DNA of 64,000 nt from an uncultured delta proteobacterium. GTDB lineage: Bacteria; Myxococcota_A; Polyangia; Polyangiales; B10-G4. Position numbers and translations under genes: made by a program. The notes beneath the pieces are model-generated. The model was not told where the DNA came from. It did not search any database and saw nothing but the letters and a program-made list of their open reading frames with translations. The stretch lies in the NCBI GenBank assembly GCA_963727445.1, contig CAVSGI010000005.1:164377-228376 (forward strand), given 5' to 3'. Below are positions 20,695 through 32,002 of the stretch, in pieces (position 1 is the first letter of the stretch; each line of letters opens with the position of its first letter).

Positions 20695-21657
20695 TCACGG
20701 CGCGAGCCGTCGCACCTCGGCGGCCGTGGTGAACTCGGCGCGGCGTTCGTTGTCCTGGCTGGTGATCGCGGCGACGGTGCCGAAGCATTCGCTCACGAAG
20801 AGGAAGGTCCGCACGGTCGTGACCAGAAGGCCCACGGTGCGCTCGAGGACCACCTTCACGCGCAGCACCTCGAAGGTGCCGAAGGGCGTGATGAGCTCGC
20901 CTTCGGCGTCGACCTCGGAGGTGTAGTCCTCGGTCCACGCGGCGATGAGGCCGAGGTTCGTCCCGCTCACGGTGGCCGACGTGTCCCAGGTCGCGCCCGC
21001 GGAGAGCGGGAAAGCGAGGGTCGTCACCGGCGGGTCGTGGCTGACGTTTGTCGCGGTCAGGCTGTCATCGGGGGACGCCACCCCGAGGAGCGCCAGCTCG
21101 CTCGGCGTGATCTGGAAGACGCCGAGGAGATCGTCGGTGTCGTTCAGGCGCGAGACGTAGCTCGCTTCGGGGAAGTCGCCTGCGAACCAGTAGCCGCTCG
21201 GATCGAGGGTCTCGACCAGGACCGCATGGTCACCGTCGAGATCGCCCGAGAGATCCCAGCGCCGCCGGCCGCCGCCGATGTTGTCGCCGGCGGTGGAGAC
21301 GGTCACGTCGTTGGCCGTCCGGAAGTTCGCCCGGAGGCCCGCCATCAGCGGGACCTCGTCCCGCGTGATCACCCCATCGTGGTTGGCTGAGCAGCCGGGG
21401 ATGCTGCTGTCGCCCATGGAGCCGTCGGTCGGCGTGGCGCTGTCGGCCGCCGAGTCCGCATCACCACCATCCGGCATCGCGCCGTCCTCCATGGTCGCGC
21501 TGTCGGAGGTGCCGCTATCGGTGCCGATGGGCGCGCAGGTCCCGTCCGCCAAGCAGAGCATGGAGGCGCAGTCAGCGTTGACGGAGCAGACTCGCCCGTC
21601 TGTGGAGTCCCCACAGCCTGCGAGGACGATACCCAAGGCGACGATCCAAGCCTTCAT
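20695..21657 (-). CDS. Cys-rich lipoprotein of unknown function (paralog of 17107-17949)
   Basis: LAGC lipobox, CxxxxxCxxxxCxxxxxC domain, DG-rich linker; ends FVSECFGTVAAITS...AAEVRRLAP. Confidence 0.8.
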   Translation of the reverse strand: MKAWIVALGIVLAGCGDSTDGRVCSVNADCASMLCLADGTCAPIGTDSGTSDSATMEDGAMPDGGDADSAADSATPTDGSMGDSSIPGCSANHDGVITRDEVPLMAGLRANFRTANDVTVSTAGDNIGGGRRRWDLSGDLDGDHAVLVETLDPSGYWFAGDFPEASYVSRLNDTDDLLGVFQITPSELALLGVASPDDSLTATNVSHDPPVTTLAFPLSAGATWDTSATVSGTNLGLIAAWTEDYTSEVDAEGELITPFGTFEVLRVKVVLERTVGLLVTTVRTFLFVSECFGTVAAITSQDNERRAEFTTAAEVRRLAP

Positions 21658-21685
21658 TGTCCCCACTGCCTCCCTGTGAAACCAC

Positions 21686-21765
21686 TTCGCACTGCAAAAT
21701 GGGTTGCGGGCAGGCGGCTTAGCGCTATCGTGGAGGGCTGTCAACGGAAATGTTGCACTGCACAA
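21686..21765. promoter_or_regulatory. two PhaR-type operator boxes in the divergent promoter region
   Basis: TTCGCACTGCAAAA (21686-21699, imperfect) and TGTTGCACTGCACAA (21751-21765) fit TGC-N3-GCA. Confidence 0.7.
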
Positions 21766-21769
21766 ACCC

Positions 21770-22300
21770 ATGTTGGTGAAGAAATACGGCAACCGGCGGC
21801 TCTACGACACGAATTCGAGCCGCTACATCACCCTCGACGAGCTGGCCGAGGCCGTTCGTGGGGGAAAAGACGTGCGGGTGGTGGACGCCAAGAGCGGCGC
21901 CGATCTGACCCAGGGCACCCTCGCTCAGATCATCCTGGAGAGCCGCGGCGCCTCGCGCCTCTTGCCCGTTCCCCTGCTCCTCCAGCTCATTCGCATGGGC
22001 GACGATGCCCTGGCAGAGTTCTTCCAGCGCTACGTGAGCTGGGCCCTCACCGTGTACCTCCAACTCAAGCAAAACGCCCGTGTTCTCGGAGCCTTGAACC
22101 CCTTCAGCGCCATGGGGCTCGGCAACCCGGGGATGTATGGCGGCATGGCGCCGCCCCCGCCTCAGGTGGCTCCGGAGCCCATGCCGCCGGTGCCCCAACC
22201 GGCACCCGAAGAGGAGCCCGAGGCGCAGGACGATGTCGCCCAGCTCCGCCGCGAGCTCGAGGAGCTCAAGGCCGCCATCGCATCTGCAAAAGAAAAATAG
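21770..22300 (+). CDS. phaR: PHA synthesis repressor PhaR
   Basis: KKYGNRRLYDTNSSRYITL...VVDAKSGADLT...LAQIILE N-terminal DNA-binding domain. Confidence 0.9.
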   Translation: MLVKKYGNRRLYDTNSSRYITLDELAEAVRGGKDVRVVDAKSGADLTQGTLAQIILESRGASRLLPVPLLLQLIRMGDDALAEFFQRYVSWALTVYLQLKQNARVLGALNPFSAMGLGNPGMYGGMAPPPPQVAPEPMPPVPQPAPEEEPEAQDDVAQLRRELEELKAAIASAKEK

Positions 22301-22329
22301 CGAACGATTCCAAGCGCTAGGGCTTGTCA

Positions 22330-22344
22330 TGTTGCGGTGCAACA
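22330..22344. promoter_or_regulatory. PhaR operator upstream of the phasin gene
   Basis: Perfect palindromic arms TGTTGC-GGT-GCAACA. Confidence 0.75.
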
Positions 22345-22426
22345 AAAATCCTCTTGACCGAATCGGCCCTCGCTCTTAGCTTCCGCCCCGCTTTCGACGA
22401 CCTTTTCGTCGAGATGGAGGCAGAAG

Positions 22427-22705
22427 ATGAGTGAGAAGAAGACTTCGCAGGCGCAAAAGACCGCCAATCCCTTCGAGACCCTGGCGACCGAGCAGATGGA
22501 GCGTTTCAACGCCCTCAGCGAGCAGTTCGCGGGCTACGAGCGCGAGGGCGCCGAGCGTGCCCAGAAGGCGGTCGACGAGATGGCGCGGCTCACCAAGGAG
22601 TCGATCGAGCACACGATGAAGCTCGCCGAGGAGTGGCGGAAGCTCTCTCTCGAGACGATGCAGAAGTCCGCCGAGATGGCGCAGAGCTTCCGGGGCCAGA
22701 ATTGA
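22427..22705 (+). CDS. putative phasin (granule-associated protein)
   Basis: 92-aa amphipathic helical protein between phaR and phaC, behind a PhaR box and GGAGG RBS. Confidence 0.65.
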   Translation: MSEKKTSQAQKTANPFETLATEQMERFNALSEQFAGYEREGAERAQKAVDEMARLTKESIEHTMKLAEEWRKLSLETMQKSAEMAQSFRGQN

Positions 22706-23739
22706 TGGAAGCGCGCGTCGCGCTCACCCCGAAGGACACCGTCCTTCGGGACGGCACGGCGAGCCTGTATCGCTTTCGGTCGTCCGGCGACAGTCCCCGG
22801 GCGGCCGAAGAGGCGGGCGGGTGGGGGAGGCGGGGAGGGTCTCCTTCACGGCTGCCGATGCTGGTGGTGCCCTCGTTGATCAACCGCTGGTACGTGGTCG
22901 ATCTCCGCGAAGGGGTCAGCCTCGTCGGCTCCCTGGTCGAGCATGGCTTCGACACCTGGTGTCTCGACTGGGGCATCCCCGAGGACGAGGATCGTTACCT
23001 CTCCTGGGAGGACATCCTGGCGCGCCTCGCGCGGATGATCCGCAAGGTCAAGCGTGAGACCGGCGCCGACGAGATCGGCATCCTCGGCTACTGCATGGGC
23101 GGAACCCTCACGGGAATGCACACAGCCCTTCATCCCGAGGACATCGCGGCGTTGATCAATCTGGTCGGTCCCTTCGACTTCTCGAAGGGCGGGCATCTGG
23201 CGCTCATGACCGACCCGAAGTGGTTCGACGCGGACGCCGTCGCCGACGCCGGCAACGTGAGCCCGCAGCAGATGCAGGCGGGCTTCGTCTCGCTTCGCCC
23301 GACGGTCGACCTCGCCAAGTGGGTGCGCGTCGCGAGCACGGCCCACGACCCCGAGGCGATGAAGGCCTTCGCCGCCCTCGAGAAGTGGGCGGGGGACAAC
23401 ATCCCCTTCCCGGGCGAGGCCTATCGTCGCTACATCAAGGAGCTCTACCAGGGCAATCTGCTCGTGAAGGGAGAGCACTACGTCGGCGGCAAGCGCGTCG
23501 ACCTCGGCAACATCCGCTGCCCGGTGCTGACCATCGCCGCGACCCGCGACGCGATCTGTCCCTCGACGCTGCCAAGGGTCTGAACGACCACGTCGGCAGT
23601 GACGACACCGAGCTCTTCGGTGGTCCCCGGCGGTCACGTCGGCGCGGTCATCGGACACAACGCCCCCAAGAAGCTGTACCCGAAAATCGCCGAGTGGCTG
23701 GCGCCGCGCCTCGAAACGCGCGCCGTCGCGGTGGCCTGA
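22705..23739 (+). CDS. phaC: PHA synthase, class III-type PhaC (copy 2; compensating indels ~23561 and ~23619)
   Basis: VPSLINRWYVVDL, LDWG, GYCMGG, RDAICP; original frame resumes with VPGGHVGAVIG...; stop 23737-23739. Confidence 0.85.
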
Positions 23740-23763
23740 AATCGAAAGAGAAAGAAGACAGCC

Positions 23764-24510
23764 ATGTTGCTCGAAGACCTGAAGATCATCGTGACCGGCG
23801 CCGCCTCCGGGATGGGCGCGCACTTCGCGCGTCGCCTCGCCGAAGCGGGCGCCACCGTCGCCGCCGGCGACATCGACGAGGCGGGCCTCGCCCAGCTCCC
23901 GGGCCAGATCCACCGCCGACACCTCGACGTCTCGAACGAGGAGGAGGTGATCGGCTTCGTCGACTGGGCCCACGAGAAGATGGGCGGCTTGAGCGGCCTC
24001 ATCAACAACGCGGGCATCATCCGCGACGGCCTGTTGGTCAAGAAGGACCGCCACACCGGCGAGGTGAAGCGCCTGTCCTCTGCCGACTGGAACGCCGTCA
24101 TCGGGGTCAACCTCACGGGCGCCACGATGATGGTGCGCGAGTCGGTGGCGAAGATGGTCGAGGCCGAGCAGCGCCCCGGCGTCATCGTGAACCTCTCGAG
24201 CATCTCCCGTCACGGCAACTACGGTCAGTCCAACTACGTCGCGGCCAAGGCGGCCCTCGCCGCCAACACCGTGACCTGGGCCCGCGAGTTCGCCCGCCAC
24301 GGCATCCGCGTCGGCGCGGTCGCGCCCGGGATGATCGAGACACCCATGACCCAGGGCATGAACCAGAAGGCCCGCGACGCCGCGGTCGCCGCGATCCCGG
24401 TGGGCCGCATCGGCATGCCGGAGGACATCTGGCAGGCCGTGAGGTTCGTCCTCGAGTGTGACTTCTTCGACGGCGAGACCATCGACGTCAACGGCGGCAT
24501 GAGGTTCTGA
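23764..24510 (+). CDS. 3-ketoacyl reductase (PhaB/FabG-like SDR)
   Basis: TGAASGMG, NNAGIIRD, GQSNYVAAK (YxxxK), VNGG. Confidence 0.9.
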   Translation: MLLEDLKIIVTGAASGMGAHFARRLAEAGATVAAGDIDEAGLAQLPGQIHRRHLDVSNEEEVIGFVDWAHEKMGGLSGLINNAGIIRDGLLVKKDRHTGEVKRLSSADWNAVIGVNLTGATMMVRESVAKMVEAEQRPGVIVNLSSISRHGNYGQSNYVAAKAALAANTVTWAREFARHGIRVGAVAPGMIETPMTQGMNQKARDAAVAAIPVGRIGMPEDIWQAVRFVLECDFFDGETIDVNGGMRF

Positions 24511-24511
24511 A

Positions 24512-26085
24512 ATGGCAGACGGAGGTTTCGGCTGGCTCGCCTGGGCCGCGTTCGGCGCGTATCTGATCGTCACCACGCTCCTGGCGCTTCGCGGGATGCA
24601 GAAGACGAAGTCCTTCTCGGGCTTCGCCCTCGGCAACCGCGACATGGGGCCGGTGCTCGTCGGCATCACCCTGGCCGCCGCCACGGCGTCCAGCGCGACC
24701 TTCGTCATCAACCCCGGCTTCGTCTACGCCTTCGGCCTGTCGCGCGCTGTTGCATTCGGCGTCGCCTCGGCCCTGGGCGTGACGGTCGGGCTCATCGTCA
24801 TGTAGCAAGGGCTTCCGCCGCCTCGGCAACGAGAGCCGACGCCCTCACGCTGCCCGCACTGGATCGGCGCCCGCTACGGCCACGACGGGGATGCGCACCT
24901 ACTTCGCGCTGCTGAACCTCGCCCTCGCGGTGAGCTTCGTCGTCCTGCTCATCAAGGGCTCGGCGATGGTCATGCAGCACACCCTCGGCACGAGCTACGT
25001 GACCGCGCGTGCTCATCATCGTCGGCTTCGTCTTCAGCTACATCATCATCGGCGGCACCTACGCCCACGCCTACACCAACGCGTTTCAGGGCGCGCTCAT
25101 GATCGTCGTCGCGCTGGCCATCATCGGCAGCGGCGCTCTACCTGCTCTCCGACGGCGTCGGCCCCTTCTTCGAGCGGCCTCGCCGCGCAGGACCCGAACC
25201 TCGTCGAGCCGGTGAACGCGACAGCGGCCCGCTCTTCAGCTCCGCCTGGGACGTCTTCGTCTGCGGCTTCGTGGTGGCCTTCGGCCTCGATCTGTCAGCC
25301 GCACATCCTGATGAAGGCGCTCTACCTGAAGAGCGACCAGGACCTGAACCGCTACCTCGTGGTGGCCTCGGTGGTCGGTCTGCTCTTCGCGGCGATCCTC
25401 GTCGCGGGCCTGTGGGCGCGCGCCGTCCTCGAGGGCGGCGTGGCCCAGGACGCGGCGATGGCGATCTACATCGGGGAGGCCTTCTCGCCGGCGGCCGGCG
25501 TGCTCATCAGCGTGGCCCTGCTCGCCGCGGGCATGACCACCATGGACGGCATCCTGGTCAGCGCCTCGACCATCGCGGGCAACGACCTGCTCCTCGGCGG
25601 CCTCGGCGAGCGCCTGGTCGCGGGCAAGAGCGACGAAGGAGCGCCAGAAGATGGCGCTGAGGGCGAGCCGCATCATCCTCGTCGTCATGGGCGTGAGCGC
25701 GTTCGTCATCGCCCTCGACCCGCCGCAGCTCGTCGGCCTCTTCGCGCAGATGGGCGTGTACGGCCTGGTCGCCGCGTCGCTGGTGCCGGTCGCCGGTGGG
25801 ATCTTCTTCGAGAACCTGAACCCGCGCTTCGTCTTCGCGGCGGCCATCGTCGGCCCGCTGGTGCACTTCGCCCACTACGGCTGGGTGACCCTCGGCAAGG
25901 GCGAGATCCTCAACCCGGCCATCCCCGCGACCGAAGGGATCGCCGCGTCGGTGGTGACGCTGGCGGCGCTGACAGCCCTCGCATCGCTCAAAAAGCCGGG
26001 AACTTCTCCGGCCGCGGCGCCTCTGAGGGTAGAGGCTGGGAGGCGAGATGAAGCCGGACGTCTACGAGCAGGAAATGGCGCTTGA
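24512..26085 (+). CDS. sodium:solute symporter (SSS, PanF-like), multiple frameshifts
   Basis: ASSATFVINPGFVY, GGTYAHAYTNAFQG, QPHILMKAL and LAAGMTTMDGILV spread over several frames. Confidence 0.8.
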
Positions 26086-26665
26086 TGGGCCGGTCCGCTT
26101 TCGCGACCGGCACAGCGACCGCGCCGTCATCGCTTACGCCCTCGGGGTGACGGGCTTCGTCGGCCTCTTCGCGCTCTTTGGCGTCGCCGCGCCGGTCGTC
26201 GCGTTCCTGGGTGGGGTCGCGGCCCTGGGCATCGGGCTCAACCTCGCCCACGCGAGCTACCGCGTGGTGGTCACGCCGCGCACGCTGCACGTGCAGCACG
26301 GCTTTCGCATCCAGCGCATCCCGCTGTCGGCGATCAGCTCGGTGGCCGTCGTGCCCTACGAGGGGGCCATCGCGCCCAAGGTGGGGCGCGGGCTGCACAA
26401 GCAGTCGGCCGACGGCGCGGTGCACGCGTATCGCGCGCCGGGTCTACACGAGATGGTGCGCATCACCTGGCACCAGGGCAGCCGCGCCCGCGTGACGAGC
26501 ATCGCTTCGGACCGCGCCGTCGAGCTCGCGAAGGCGATTCGAACGCGCGGGGACGACGCGCCGCGCTTTCGCGTGTCCACTTCTCCCGACGCGCAGGGCG
26601 AAGAGGAGGCGGCGATGGCCGAGGTGGAGGCGCTCCTCGAGAGCGATCGCGTTCAGAGGGGATAG
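26048..26665 (+). CDS. hypothetical membrane protein
   Basis: Two TM helices followed by a soluble, possibly PH-like domain (RIPLSAISSV). Confidence 0.65.
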   Translation: MKPDVYEQEMALDGPVRFRDRHSDRAVIAYALGVTGFVGLFALFGVAAPVVAFLGGVAALGIGLNLAHASYRVVVTPRTLHVQHGFRIQRIPLSAISSVAVVPYEGAIAPKVGRGLHKQSADGAVHAYRAPGLHEMVRITWHQGSRARVTSIASDRAVELAKAIRTRGDDAPRFRVSTSPDAQGEEEAAMAEVEALLESDRVQRG

Positions 26666-27186
26666 GCGATCCGCACCGACGCGGCGTTCGCCCCCGCCGA
26701 CTGACGCGGGTCGAGAGGCGTCCGCAGCACGTCGCTCACCGGCGCGGTCGTGATCGTCCAGCGCGAGGTGATCGCGACGAGGCAACGCGCTTCGTTGGGT
26801 CGGGCTTCGCCGAGGGGGGCGTCGAGGGTCGCTGTTGCGCCGTCGTGGGGATCGTCGGTGCGGGGCGCGAAGGTGAGCTCGACGCGTGCACCCTCGAGCG
26901 CCTCGAGGCGCGCGTCCGTGAAGCAGCAACGCAGCTCGCCGACGCGTGCGGCGAGGTGAGCGCGGAAGGCGTCGTCCGCGACCGGCGCCACGAAGGGAGG
27001 GAAGGGCTCGGTGGTTGCCCGGGCGATGCACGCTCTCGCGGCGGCGTCGGGGAGATCCGGGGCGGCGACGAGTGGGGCCGACATCCGAACGGGCGGCCGC
27101 TCTCGGAGATGGGCCGTGGAGTCGGGTCCGGCGCCGCAGGCACCGAGGACGATGGAGAGCGATGCGAGGAGGAGGAGGGGGCGCAC
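26653..27186 (-). CDS. hypothetical lipoprotein (weak AgmX/TonB-C-like features)
   Basis: LGAC lipobox; ELRCCF...CLVA..RW...IAYPL. Confidence 0.5.
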   Translation of the reverse strand: MRPLLLLASLSIVLGACGAGPDSTAHLRERPPVRMSAPLVAAPDLPDAAARACIARATTEPFPPFVAPVADDAFRAHLAARVGELRCCFTDARLEALEGARVELTFAPRTDDPHDGATATLDAPLGEARPNEARCLVAITSRWTITTAPVSDVLRTPLDPRQSAGANAASVRIAYPL

Positions 27187-27271
27187 CCCACCTCCGACAG
27201 CGCCGCCGCGGCCAGGTTCCGGGGTCCCGCGGGGCCCGGGCTCGTGTCATCATGCCCGCCTGGAAAACCGC

Positions 27272-30200
27272 GTGAAGTGGCCGGACGAACGACCGCAGCT
27301 GGTCTGCGTTGTGCTCGCTGCGCTCGTCGTCGGCGGCGGCGTGTTCGCGCAGGCCGTGAAGGCGCAGCCGGCGTTCCGCGGCTTCGTCGACGGATACCTC
27401 GGGGCGCCGACGATGCCCGGGGCGCTCCCGTCGCCGCCTGCTGGACTTCGCGCGGCGGGGATCGACACCCGGCGCGGCGCGCCGACCCTGCTCCTCGGGA
27501 GCGCCACTGTCTCAGCGGCCAGCACCAACGATCTACCCCGCCTCGGCGCGTCGCATCTTCGGCGCCTCGCCCCGCTCTACGGCCTGAGCCGGAGCGATCT
27601 CCCGCACCGCGGAGCTCGCGGTGGTGCACAGGACCCGCGGCGGCGGGGCGCTCCTCGTCTTCCGGCAGCGCGCCTTCGGGGCGCCGCTCTTCGAGACCAA
27701 GCTGAGCCTGCTCCTCGACGACCGCGGGCGACTTCGCGCGGCCGGCGGGCAGCTGCATCCGGTGGCGCGTGACGCATACGCCTTCGCGCTCGACCCGGCG
27801 TCGTCGGTGAGCGCGGCGCTCGCCGACGCATGGGGGCGTAGCGCGCCGCGCACGAGCCTGGTGACCCCGTCGCCGATGGTGCGCCGCGGCCAGGCCGACC
27901 TCTACTTCGTGCCGACGGCGGCCGCGCGAGCGCAGGGCTACGTGCTCGACGCGCCCGTCCGAGCGCAACGAGTTCTCTTCCCGCTACCGACGCGCCTCGT
28001 TCCGGCGACCTACGTCGAGCTTTGGCTGGAGGACGCGACGCTCGGACAGGTGCTGGTCGCGTACGTGATCAGCGCCGAAGACGGGCGCGTCCTGTCGCGC
28101 CAGCTGAAGACCGACTTCGACGCCTTCAGCTACACGGTCTTCGCGGACGACTTCGGGCTGAATCAGCCGGTGGACAGCATCTTCGGCGACCTCACCCCCG
28201 ACGCGGCGGGCATGCCGACCTCCACGCTGCCGCCCTTCATCTCGCCGAGCGTGATCACCGTCGAGGGCTTCAACACCAACCCCGCCGGCGCCGCCGACCC
28301 GTGGCTGCCGAGCGGCGCGACCGAGTCGCGGGGCAACAACGTCGACGCGTACGCGGACCTCGCCGAGCCCGATGGGTTCAGCGCGGGGGATCGCCGCGCC
28401 GCGACCACCGCGCCCGGCGTCTTCGATTACGTCTTCGATCCGACGCAGGAGCCGAACGCCTCGGCCACGCAACAGAGCGCGGTCGTGACCCAGCTCTTCT
28501 ACGTCAACAACTGGCTTCACGACTACTACTACGACATCGGCTTCGACGAGGCGGCGGGCAACGCGCAAGAGGACAACTTCGGGCGGGGCGGCGCCGAGGG
28601 CGATCGGATCCACGCCGAGGCGATGGACTACAGCGGCCGTAACAACGCCTCCATGAGCACGCCCGCCGATGGATCGAACCCGCGCATGCACATGTACTTG
28701 TGGAGCGGCGGCGCGGTGGCGCACGTGGTCGCCGCGGGCACGACCTACGACGTGGGGATCGCCCGCTGGGGGCCGGGTACCTTCGACGTCAGCGCCAATA
28801 CCGAGGTCGTCGATGACGGGGTGGCCACGACGAGCGACGGGTGCGAGCCGATCGGCGGTGACCTCACGGGCCGCATCGCGCTCATCGACCGCGGGGGCTG
28901 TAGCTTCTGGGTGAAGGTGTTCAACGCGCAGGTGGCGGGGGCGCTCGGTGTGATCGTGATGAACGATCGGTCGGGCGGGACGACGACCATGGGCGGGACG
29001 CCAGGCGAGACGATCACCATCCCCTCGCTCTTCGTGTCGATGGGCGACGGCGCGGCGCTCCGCGCGGCGGAGGGCACGACCGCACGCATGCTCCGCGGCG
29101 AGCCGACGCCCCAGCCCGACAGCTCCCTCGACGCCACGGTCGTGGTGCACGAGTGGGGGCACTACCTCCACAACCGCCTCGGCGCGGGCGGCACCATCCA
29201 GCGCCGTGCGCAAGGGGAAGGGTGGGGCGACACCCTCGCGTTTTTCATGCTCGCGCGCCCCGACGACGACTTCGCCGGCGCGCACCCGCACGCGGGCTTT
29301 TCGAACCACGGCCGTGAGTACATCTACTTCGGCACGCGGCGGATGCCGTACTCGACCTCGCGCGCCATCAACGACCTGTCCTTCCGGCACATCGCCGACG
29401 GAGAGCCGCTGCCCACCGGTGTTCCCCTCGACCCCAGCTCCTCCGACAACTCCGAGGTCCACAACGCGGGAGAGGTCTGGGCGTCGCTGATGTTCGACGC
29501 CTTCGCCTCGCTCGTGGACCGGAGTCGCGAACCCGGCGCGCCCTACGACTTCGAGGAGCTCCGGGCACGCTTCGCCTCATACGTCGTCCTCGCGATGCAG
29601 CTCGCGCCGCGCGACCCGACCTTCACGGAGCAGCGCGATGCGCTGATCGCAGCGGCCCTCGACAGCGACCAGGAGGACGCACGGCGCATCGCCGAGGCCT
29701 TTGCCGGGCGGGGTGCCGGGACCTGCGCCGAGTCGCCCGCGCGCGACTCGACGAACCTGGTGGGCGTGGTGGAGGACTTCACGGTGGGGGCCTTCGCGGC
29801 GGTGGAGCCGCCCCGGCTCGAGACGCACGGCCTCGGCCGGCGCTGCGACGACGATGGGCTCCTGGACGCGGGCGAGCAGGGGCTCGTGCGCGTGCGCGTG
29901 CACAACACGGGATTGGTTCCCTTCGAGGAGGCGACGCTCACCATCGAGTCCGGCGAGCTCGACGTCGCGTTCCCCGAGGGCCCGAGCGTTCCACTCAGCG
30001 CGGTGGGGCCTGGGGGAAGCGAGGAGGTCACCATCCCGGTCGCGCTCGGCGCAGGCGCAGACATCGGCGGCCCGGTGCGCCTCACCGCCGTGGTGAGCTC
30101 GCCCGAGCTCTGCGAGGACGTGCGGACCGATGGGCGCTTCGCCATGGACCGCGACCTCACCCCGTCGAGCGTCGAGAGCTTCGACCTCGCCCCCGCGTGG

Positions 30201-31271
30201 CTCACCGAGTCGAGCCTCGACGAGACGACCACCGGCGTCTGGTCCGTCGCAGCGCCCGAGCTCGGCGGCACGAGCTACGTCCTGCGCGCCAAGGACACCG
30301 CCTCGCGCACCGACACCGCCGTCGCGCTTCCGTCGGTCGTGCCCTCGCGCACCGAGAGCCTCGTGCTGAGCTTCACCCACCGCTTCTCCTTCGAAGCGAG
30401 CGACACCGTCCTGTGGGACGGTGGCGTGATCGAGGTGAGCTTCGACGGCGCGACGTGGGAGGACGTCGCGACCTACGTCGACCCGGGCTACACGGGCGCG
30501 CTCAGCGATCGTTCGATGAACCCGCTCGCGCTTCGCGATGCTTACTCGCGGGACAATCCCTCGTTTCCGGACGCCGACACTGTGGTGCTCGACTTCGGCA
30601 CGGCCTTCGGCGGGCGACCGCTGCGCTTCCGTTTCCGCGTCGGCACCGACCAGAGCCGGGGCGGCGGCGGCTGGGAGATCGACGACGTGTCGATCACCGG
30701 CGTGGGCTCACCGCCTTTCACGGCCTTCGTCGACGACGCCGCCGACTGCAGCGGCGCCCCCACCGCTGACGCCGGCCCCGACATCGGCGTCTATCCGGGC
30801 GACGCCTTCGTCCTCGACGGAAGCCTCAGCTCGGACCCCGACGGCGATGGGCTGACCTTCGACTGGCAGGTCCTCCCCGCAGCGCCGCCGTTCCCCTTCC
30901 CCGGCGCGACGGATGCGACGGTCTCGCTCGTCGCGCCCTGGGTCGACGCCACCACCGACTTCACGTTCCGACTCGAGGTCAGCGACGGCGTCGCAAGTGC
31001 GGGTGACGACGTGCGGGTGCGCGTGTACGGCGGCTTCGCGCCACCGGAGGGCGGCGAGGCGCCGATGCCGGATGCGGGCGGCTTCGACGACGGCAGCGCG
31101 AGCGATGGCGGCGACGTCGATGACGCGGGCGCCGGCCCCGACCTGCGTCGCCTCGGCGGTGGGGGATGCACCTGCCGCGTGGCGGCGGGTGGGCGCGGCG
31201 ACGCGGGATGGGGCTGGCTCGCGTTCGCGGCGTTGGTGGGTGTCTCTTGTCGTCGTCGTCGGCGTGGCTGA
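27272..31271 (+). CDS. M36 (fungalysin) metallopeptidase with PA and PKD-like domains and MYXO-CTERM; frameshift ~27605
   Basis: GNNVDAY, GFDEAAGNAQ, HEWGH, GEGWGD, EVHNAGEVWA, LIDRGGCSF; C-terminal GGGCTCR...hydrophobic...RRRRR. Confidence 0.9.
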
Positions 31272-31457
31272 GGCGCTCTTCGCTGGTTGGAGTTGGTGTG
31301 GCCTGTCGGATGACGAGGCGGCAAACTCCGTCAGCAGCGGTGACGCACTGGTGAGGACGACTCGTCCTCGGGCGAGCGTTCACTTTCCCTGGGGAAAGTA
31401 GCGTCCCGAAACATCCGAAACACTCATTCCCCGCGCGGGAGCAGAGCGAACGCCTGT

Positions 31458-31610
31458 GCGGTCACTTCTTCCGGCGTTGCCCGCGACACCCGCAGTTGTG
31501 ACCGCATCGCGGTCACTTCTTCCGGCGTTGCCGGCGACACCCGCAGTTGTGACCGCATCACGGTCACGTCTCCCGGCGTTGCCCGCGACACCCGCAGTTG
31601 TGACCGCATC
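31458..31610. repeat. 51-bp tandem repeat x3; each unit is a hairpin
   Basis: Units at 31458, 31509 and 31560 with (G/A)CGGTCAC...GTGACCGC arms. Confidence 0.9.
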
Positions 31611-31694
31611 GCGCCCACCATCACGCGGGTCACGCGTCCGGCGCCCCGAGATCTCTATCCCTGGTGTCTTTCGGTGTTTCGGGCTGGTTTCCCT

Positions 31695-31771
31695 TGGCGC
31701 TCCCGGGGGGATTCGAACCTCCGACCTTCGGTTTAGGAAACCGCTGCTCTATCCTACTGAGCTACGGGAGC
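31695..31771 (-). tRNA. tRNA-Arg(CCT)
   Basis: Reverse complement GCTCCCGTAGCTCAGTAGGATAGAGC...TTCCTAA...GGTTCGAATCC...GGGAGCGCCA; encoded CCA. Confidence 0.95.
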
Positions 31772-31858
31772 TTGACGGCCCGGCGTGATAGCACGGGGGC
31801 GGGCTGGCGGACCAGGTGAGGCTTCGGGGAGACTTTGGCAAGCCCGCGGGTGTATCCG

Positions 31859-31955
31859 GGCGCACTGGTCTCGGGGTCATCTCGACGTGCCTGCGACTTC
31901 GGTGCGGGTAGGCGCACCGGTCTCGGGGTCATCTCGACGTGCCTGCGACTTCGGT
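31859..31955. repeat. 45-bp direct repeat x2 upstream of the tRNA
   Basis: GGCGCAC(T/C)GGTCTCGGGGTCATCTCGACGTGCCTGCGACTTCGGT at 31859 and 31911. Confidence 0.85.
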
Positions 31956-32002
31956 TCGTCCGCGGGGCGTGGGCGAAAGTTGAAAAGTGTAGACCGTCCC
32001 CG

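Noticed and set aside
31458..31610. CRISPR array
   Set aside because: Units are contiguous near-identical 51-mers with no unique spacers; no cas genes in the window
31695..31771. tRNA as the attachment site of a prophage or island
   Set aside because: No adjacent integrase and no duplicated tRNA 3' end found in the window
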